Assembly: GCA_965660855.1 (NCBI GenBank)
Contig: CBFIBM010000003.1
Coordinates: forward strand, 86,382-150,381
Length of the DNA: 64,000 bases
From: an uncultured bacterium
Lineage (GTDB): Bacteria; Fidelibacterota; Marinisomatia; Marinisomatales; UBA1611
Reading direction: 5' to 3'
Positions 58,299 to 64,000 of this stretch are shown here, in pieces. The first letter of the stretch is position 1. The number at the start of each line of letters is the position of its first letter. The notes under the pieces are model-generated. The model saw only the letters and a program-made list of their open reading frames with translations. It was not told where the DNA came from and ran no database searches. The translations under genes and the position numbers were made by a program.

Positions 58299-61200
58299 AT
58301 GAATAAGCTCTTATTAATATTTGTTTTATTTACCTATGTCCTTAACGGGCAAAAATATAAAACTAATAATCAAAGTTTATTTAATTCAAAAAATAAAATA
58401 AATACAGCCGAAACTTTAAGTTCTACAGTTCCAAGGTTGCTATCCTATCAAGGCCTCTTAACAAAAACAGATGGCAAAGCAATCAAGGATGGTAGTATAG
58501 AGGTAACTTTTAGGTTATATACATCTTTGGAAGAAGGGGTTCATTTTTGGGAAGAGGTGCAAAATGTTGTTATCGAAGATGGTATCCTCACTGCTGTTTT
58601 AGGAAAGATTATACCAATAGATATCGTTCCTGATGCATCTTTTTTAGAAGTAGAAATAAATGGTACAGTTCTTTCACCTCGCCAAGAAATGACTTCTTCA
58701 TTTTATTCTATTATCTCAGATACTTCAAAATACTCCCAAGGTGGAAATTATTTGGATCTTGATGGTTTACCAGATTTAAATATTTTTGCAAGGAAAGATA
58801 CTCTTAGCAATTACACCCTAATAGATAGCCTTAATCCAGTTGCTTTGAGTGGGGATTATCTTGATTTAGAAAATGTTCCTGATTTATCAGAAGTTCTTCA
58901 AAGTGACACACTTGATTTATACGTGATGATAGATAGCCTTAATTCGTATGTTCTTCAATCAAGTTTAAGTATAGTTGCTTTTTCAAATGACTATTCAGAT
59001 TTAAATAATATTCCTGACCTTAATCAATATGCGACAAAGGATACTTTGACTAATTTCATTTCAGAAGACACCTTATCCTTCTATGCTTTGAACACAGAAT
59101 TAGGTTCTATTGCATTGCAAGATACTAATAATGTTAATATTACAGGTGGATCCATTTCTGGTGTTTCTGATATTTCGGTTGCAGATGGAGGTACAGGCGC
59201 TTCTGATATAGCTACTGCGAGAGAAAATTTAGGTCTTGAAATTGGTACAGATGTTCAAGGATACGATGCAGATCTAGCAGATCTAGCAGACGGTTCCTTA
59301 TCAGCATCAAAAGTACAATTTTTAGAAAATATTAGTTCCGATGTTCAAGAGCAAATTAATAATTTAGGTTTAAACAGTTTAATGGACCTTGGTGTGGTCG
59401 CTGACTCCTCTGAGTTAAATTTTGTTGATGGAGTTACATCAAATATTCAAACTCAATTAGATAATAAACAAGAAATAAACTCGAACCTTACCTCGATAGT
59501 CAATCTAGATCAAACAGATGGAAATTTCATTGTGTCTGATGGAAATAACTGGACGGTTGAAAACGGAGCAGATGCGAGGGCATCCTTGAATTTAGGTTCA
59601 ATGTCGACTCAACAATCAGATAATGTCACAATCTCGGGTGGAAGAGTGACGGGCATATTAGACATTGCGATTGCAGACGGGGGAACTGGCGCATCAGATA
59701 TCGCTACGGCAAGAGAAAATTTAGGACTCCAAATTGGTGCTGATATTCAAGGCTATGATGCTGACCTTGCTGATATATCAAGTTTATCGCAAGCTGAGGG
59801 TAACATCATTGTTTCCAATGGGAGTAATTGGACCGCCGAATCTGGTTCTGATGCTAGAGAATCTCTTGGATTATCTATAGGGAGTGATATCCAAGGCTAT
59901 GATGCAGATTTAGAAGATTTAGCAGATGGAACCCTATCTTCTAGTAAAATAGAGAATAATGAATACTTTATTACATCCTCAGGAAATGCCAATGAGGTTT
60001 GGACTTCTGATGGAAGCGGAGCAGGAACATGGGCCACTTCTACCAATACCCTCACAGGAGCAGGGTCTACAATAGATACAGAGGATTTATCAGCATCTCA
60101 AGCGGTGGTTACGGATAGTGATGGCAAAATAGCGGTATCAGATGTAACGGTCACTGAATTAAATTATGTGGATGGAGTAACATCAAGCATCCAGGCTCAA
60201 TTAGATGCAAAACAATTAGCTGATTCTGATTTAGATGATTTAGCTGTATTACCTCAAAGTAATGGTAATATTATCGTCTCGGATGGAAGTAATTGGACTG
60301 CCGAATCTGGTTCTGATGCTAGGGAATCTCTTGGATTATCTATAGGGAGCGATGTTCAGGGTTATGATGCTGATTTAACAGATTTAGCAGATGGAACCCT
60401 GTCTGCTAGTAAAGTAGAGAACAATGAGTATTTTATTACATCTCCTGGTAACGCTGGTGAAGTATGGATTTCAGATGGTTCTGGTGCAGGTGAATGGGGT
60501 CTATCAGCAGGCATAACCGGAGCCGCATCTACCGTGGATACGGAAGATTTGACAGGGAAGAGAACGCTTATATCAAATATTGATGGTAAAATTGCAATAT
60601 CTGACATTACATCCCAAGAACTAGGTTATTTAGATGATGTATCAAGTAATGTACAAACTCAATTAGATGGTAAACAGCCTTTGAATTCTAACTTAACAGA
60701 CTTAGTTGGATTAACTCAAAGTGATGGGAATTTTATTATTTCTGATGGAGTAAATTGGACTGTAGAAAAGGGAGCAGATGCCCGGGCATCTTTGGGGTTA
60801 GGCTCTTTATCTACACAAGAATCTAGTGCCGTAGCTATTACTGGGGGTTCTATAGCCGGTATTGCAGATATTACCATTTCTGATGGTGGAACTGGAGCTT
60901 CAGATATAGCAACTGCAAGGGAAAATTTAGGGCTTGAAATTGGAACAGATATTCAAGGTTACGATGCAGACCTAGCAGACCTAGCAGATGGAACTCTATC
61001 CGCAAGTAAAGTTGAAAATAATGAATACTTTATTACTTCTTCAGGCTCAGCGAATGAGGTGTGGACATCCGATGGAAGTGGTGCTGGAACATGGGCCACT
61101 TCTACAAACGCCCTCACTGGAGCGGGATCTACGATAGATACAGAAAATTTATCAGCATCTGTAGTTGTAGTTACAGATAGTAATGGTAAAATAGCAGTAT

Positions 61201-63443
61201 CAGATGTTACAGCAGCAGAACTTAATTATGTAGATGGAGTTACCTCCAACATCCAGACTCAGTTAGATGCAAAGGGAACAGGAATGGTTAGCTCTTTATC
61301 AGACTTGAGTGTTACTTCCACAGCAACAGAGTTAAATCTTTTAGATGGGGTAACTTCTACAACATCAGAGCTAAATATTTTAGATGGGGTAACCGCCACA
61401 GCAGCAGAACTTAATTATGTAGATGGAGTTACCTCCAACATCCAGACTCAGTTAGATGCAAAGGGAACAGGAACGGTTAGCTCTTTATCAGACTTGAGTG
61501 TTACTTCCACAGCAACAGAGTTAAATCTTTTAGATGGTGTATCTGGATTAGTTCAAGGAGACCTTACAAAGTTAGCAGCGGTTGACGCCACAGCAGCAGA
61601 ACTGAATTATGTGGATGGAGTTACCTCCAACATTCAGACTCAACTAGATGCGAAGGGAACAGGAACGGTTAGCTCTTTATCCGACTTGAGTATTACCTCC
61701 ACAGCGACAGAGTTAAATATATTAGATGGTGTTACTTCTACTACTGGAGAGTTAAATATTCTTGATGGGGTAACCGCCACAGCAGCAGAGCTTAATTATG
61801 TAGATGGAGTTACCTCCAACATCCAGACTCAGTTAGATGCGAAGGGTACAGGAACAGTTAGCTCTTTATCCGACTTGAGTGTTACTTCCACAGCGACAGA
61901 GTTAAATATATTAGATGGTGTTACTTCTACTACTGGAGAGTTAAATATTCTTGATGGGGTAACCGCCACAGCAGCAGAGCTTAATTATGTAGATGGAGTT
62001 ACCTCCAACATCCAGACTCAGTTAGATGCGAAATCTTCTATAACAGGACTTGATGGTCTTACGGATGTTAAATCAGGTGGAAGTAATTTTTCAAATTCGA
62101 TGATTGTTGGACATCAAACAACAGGTACACTTAACAATGCAGATGAAAATATTGGACTAGGTGTTGGATCCCTTGAATCGCTTACCTCTGGTGATAGAAA
62201 TACTGCTATCGGGAAAGATGCAATGAATAGTAACACTGATGGTAATTATAACACTAGTTCTGGATATCAAAGCTTATATGTCAATACTACTGGTAGTTTT
62301 AATCTGGCATCAGGAAATTCAGCATTGGGGCTAAATATTGATGGAGATTCAAACACGGGTTTAGGGCATAGAGCATTAAATAGTAATACAAGTGGAGACT
62401 TAAATATTGGAGTTGGTCGAAGATCATTATATTCAACAACCACAAGTAATTATAATTCAGCAATTGGCTCTTATGCTTTAGAAGATGCCAACAGGACAGC
62501 AGATACGGATGGTTATAATACTGCACTTGGGTATAAAGCTGGTAACACAGGAACTAACGACGTAACGACAGGGAATAAGAATACTCTATTAGGAGCAAAT
62601 ACTGCCTCTTCAGCCGCAGCAGGAACCAATCAGACGGTTATTGGTTACGGTGCGTCCGGTACAGCGAATAATAGTGTTACGATTGGTAATAGTGATGTAA
62701 CAGCATGGTATCCAGGTTCAGATAATACTGCAGATTTAGGTAGTAGCTCAGTTGAATTCAAAGATTTGTATATAGATGGTACTGCAAACTTAGATGCAGT
62801 TGATATTGATGGAGGTGCGATTGATGGTGCTGCTATAGGAGCAAATTCAGCATCAACGGGAGTATTCACAACCGTTACAGCAAGTACTTCTTTGGATGTT
62901 ACAGGTTCAGCAGGTGTGATATTAGAGAATGATGAAACTATTACAAATTCAAGTGATGGAACGGTTTTGGTTACAGCAACTACCACTTCTTTAAGTGGCG
63001 ACTTAACTGTCACAGGAAATGACATAACTTTTGGTAACGGAGAGACAATTTCTAACTCGACAGATGGAACGGTAGTTGTTACAGCAACTACCATTGAATT
63101 GTCCGGGAAAACTGACTTTGGTGATAATGCAATTACGGGTTATGGAGCAGATTTACAAACATTATCTGGAACTACAAAAACTCTTGCTGCAACTGACAAT
63201 GGAACTGTGATTGTATGTTCTAGTGGTTCCGCGACAACGATTACTGTCGCTTCTGGTGCAAGTTTACCTGCTGGATTTAATTGTATGATTGTTCAAAGTG
63301 GCGCAGGCCAGGTGACATTTAGTGGATCAGGTACTACCTTAAATGCGAGGAATGGTTTAAAGACTGCAGGACAATATGCAATGATGACATTAGTTCATCT
63401 TGGAAGTAATGTTTTTGTTATTTCAGGGGATACGACTCTTTAG
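58299..63443 (+). CDS. 1714-aa repetitive tail-fibre-like surface protein
   Basis: Signal peptide. N-terminal module LLSYQGLLTKTDGKAIKDGSIEVTFRLY...HFWEE. DY.DL.N.PDL motifs. Three copies of DGGTGASDIATARENLGL. Many ELNYVDGVTSNIQTQLDAK units. YadA-head-like NT.IG/NTA.G repeats. No T9SS type-A or type-B C-terminal domain recognised. Confidence 0.6.
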   Translation: MNKLLLIFVLFTYVLNGQKYKTNNQSLFNSKNKINTAETLSSTVPRLLSYQGLLTKTDGKAIKDGSIEVTFRLYTSLEEGVHFWEEVQNVVIEDGILTAVLGKIIPIDIVPDASFLEVEINGTVLSPRQEMTSSFYSIISDTSKYSQGGNYLDLDGLPDLNIFARKDTLSNYTLIDSLNPVALSGDYLDLENVPDLSEVLQSDTLDLYVMIDSLNSYVLQSSLSIVAFSNDYSDLNNIPDLNQYATKDTLTNFISEDTLSFYALNTELGSIALQDTNNVNITGGSISGVSDISVADGGTGASDIATARENLGLEIGTDVQGYDADLADLADGSLSASKVQFLENISSDVQEQINNLGLNSLMDLGVVADSSELNFVDGVTSNIQTQLDNKQEINSNLTSIVNLDQTDGNFIVSDGNNWTVENGADARASLNLGSMSTQQSDNVTISGGRVTGILDIAIADGGTGASDIATARENLGLQIGADIQGYDADLADISSLSQAEGNIIVSNGSNWTAESGSDARESLGLSIGSDIQGYDADLEDLADGTLSSSKIENNEYFITSSGNANEVWTSDGSGAGTWATSTNTLTGAGSTIDTEDLSASQAVVTDSDGKIAVSDVTVTELNYVDGVTSSIQAQLDAKQLADSDLDDLAVLPQSNGNIIVSDGSNWTAESGSDARESLGLSIGSDVQGYDADLTDLADGTLSASKVENNEYFITSPGNAGEVWISDGSGAGEWGLSAGITGAASTVDTEDLTGKRTLISNIDGKIAISDITSQELGYLDDVSSNVQTQLDGKQPLNSNLTDLVGLTQSDGNFIISDGVNWTVEKGADARASLGLGSLSTQESSAVAITGGSIAGIADITISDGGTGASDIATARENLGLEIGTDIQGYDADLADLADGTLSASKVENNEYFITSSGSANEVWTSDGSGAGTWATSTNALTGAGSTIDTENLSASVVVVTDSNGKIAVSDVTAAELNYVDGVTSNIQTQLDAKGTGMVSSLSDLSVTSTATELNLLDGVTSTTSELNILDGVTATAAELNYVDGVTSNIQTQLDAKGTGTVSSLSDLSVTSTATELNLLDGVSGLVQGDLTKLAAVDATAAELNYVDGVTSNIQTQLDAKGTGTVSSLSDLSITSTATELNILDGVTSTTGELNILDGVTATAAELNYVDGVTSNIQTQLDAKGTGTVSSLSDLSVTSTATELNILDGVTSTTGELNILDGVTATAAELNYVDGVTSNIQTQLDAKSSITGLDGLTDVKSGGSNFSNSMIVGHQTTGTLNNADENIGLGVGSLESLTSGDRNTAIGKDAMNSNTDGNYNTSSGYQSLYVNTTGSFNLASGNSALGLNIDGDSNTGLGHRALNSNTSGDLNIGVGRRSLYSTTTSNYNSAIGSYALEDANRTADTDGYNTALGYKAGNTGTNDVTTGNKNTLLGANTASSAAAGTNQTVIGYGASGTANNSVTIGNSDVTAWYPGSDNTADLGSSSVEFKDLYIDGTANLDAVDIDGGAIDGAAIGANSASTGVFTTVTASTSLDVTGSAGVILENDETITNSSDGTVLVTATTTSLSGDLTVTGNDITFGNGETISNSTDGTVVVTATTIELSGKTDFGDNAITGYGADLQTLSGTTKTLAATDNGTVIVCSSGSATTITVASGASLPAGFNCMIVQSGAGQVTFSGSGTTLNARNGLKTAGQYAMMTLVHLGSNVFVISGDTTL
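61209..62035 (+). repeat. in-frame tandem repeat, ~189-bp (63-64 aa) unit, about 4.3 copies, near-identical DNA
   Basis: Unit starts (ACAGCAGCAGA[AG]CT.AATTATGT.GATGGAGTTACCTCCAAC) at 61209, 61398, 61590, 61779 and 61968. Copies 4 and 5 are identical over the readable overlap. Copies 1 and 2 differ by 1 nt in the first ~140 nt. Confidence 0.9.
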
Positions 63444-63451
63444 GAAGAAAT

Positions 63452-64000
63452 ATGTACTTTTTCTTTAAAAATCATATAATAAAGTTTCTTTTCACCTCTA
63501 TAATTTTATTTGCTCAAGATTATGATTTGAAAACATTTCAATTTTCTCTTACCAATGAAATAATGGAGTCACAAGATTTAAAACTAAAAGGTTCGATTAG
63601 TTCAAACCTTTTTAGCACTAGTAGCAGCGATTCTATTTCTCTAAAAGGCGGGGTTATAAGTTCAGCATTAGGCTTATATTCAGAACCACCCAAACTTATT
63701 ACCTTTTTTCCTGATACAATAACGCAATCTGATCCTAATGTTGCACGTGCAATTGCGACTGATTTAAATGGAATACAAAGTACAAATTTGTATATACAAA
63801 TTGGTGGAAGTAAGAGAACTTTAAAACTTCCTATGGCGGTGGTTAATGATTCTATTTTTGAAGTACATATCCCAGAAAGCCTAATGACTGTTCGAAATTT
63901 TAGAACATATTTTGAGAGTGTTGATAGTATGGACTATTCCAGTTCTAGCGATTATAATACCCCATATTTAACCATTCCACAAAATGGTTTAAATATGGAA
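63452..64000 (+). CDS. 5' part of a secreted hypothetical protein (runs off the window)
   Basis: ATG 63452 is 8 nt after the fibre gene stop, and the frame is open to base 64000 (183 codons). Signal-like N-terminus MYFFFKNHIIKFLFTSIILFAQ. Not in the ORF track because no stop lies in the window. Confidence 0.5.
   Translation, partial: MYFFFKNHIIKFLFTSIILFAQDYDLKTFQFSLTNEIMESQDLKLKGSISSNLFSTSSSDSISLKGGVISSALGLYSEPPKLITFFPDTITQSDPNVARAIATDLNGIQSTNLYIQIGGSKRTLKLPMAVVNDSIFEVHIPESLMTVRNFRTYFESVDSMDYSSSSDYNTPYLTIPQNGLNME

Noticed and set aside
61209-62035. Regularly spaced near-identical repeats that might be a CRISPR array
   Set aside because: The 189-bp units are contiguous, with no unique spacers, and are in frame within a long ORF. 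They encode a conserved peptide repeat. No cas genes are present.
58299-63443. Prophage or tailocin, suggested by tail-fibre-like motifs (GGTGA..A..NLGL, ELNYVDGVTS)
   Set aside because: No terminase, portal, capsid, baseplate, sheath, integrase or lysis genes occur anywhere in the window. The flanking genes are envelope proteins with signal peptides in one operon. A prophage beyond base 64000 cannot be excluded.

Overview
Visibly AT-rich bacterial chromosomal segment. No rRNA, CRISPR array, integrase or transposase was seen. Bases 1-38,500 are mostly housekeeping genes. These include msrB, an FKBP isomerase, an Omp85-family protein, ogt, secDF, tdh-kbl and parAB, followed by an M23 peptidase, a bactofilin and atpZ. 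They also include the complete F1Fo operon atpBEFHAGDC, aspS, phoH, a thiolase/acyl-CoA dehydrogenase/ilvE block, nusB, secA and a Cys/Met PLP lyase. There are two tRNAs, Arg-TCT and Leu-TAG. Bases 38,600-64,000 look accessory. Two convergent giant secreted proteins carry type-A T9SS C-terminal sorting domains (NYPNPFNP...), which points to the Bacteroidota/FCB-type superphylum (inference). One is a multi-cohesin-like scaffold and the other a parallel beta-helix protein. A dockerin-tagged lipase sits at 1.8-3.1 kb. The main candidate for something new is the co-directional, tightly packed operon from 48,210 to beyond the window end. It lies behind a transmembrane TPR/LuxR-type regulator. It encodes a cadherin/Ig lipoprotein and a minimal two-TM GldL/PorL-like protein that keeps the TM2 glutamate. 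Next come a bitopic GldM/PorM-like protein and a beta-barrel with tandem SHD1-like inserts. These are followed by a cadherin-plus-beta-barrel protein and a PKD/NHL-propeller protein with a C-terminal anchor. The last complete gene is a 1714-aa tail-fibre-like protein with nested near-identical repeats. The gene order mimics gldKLMN, but the K and N positions hold unrelated proteins. This suggests a GldLM-type energised envelope machine of unknown function. All family assignments come from motif reading by eye. No searches were run.
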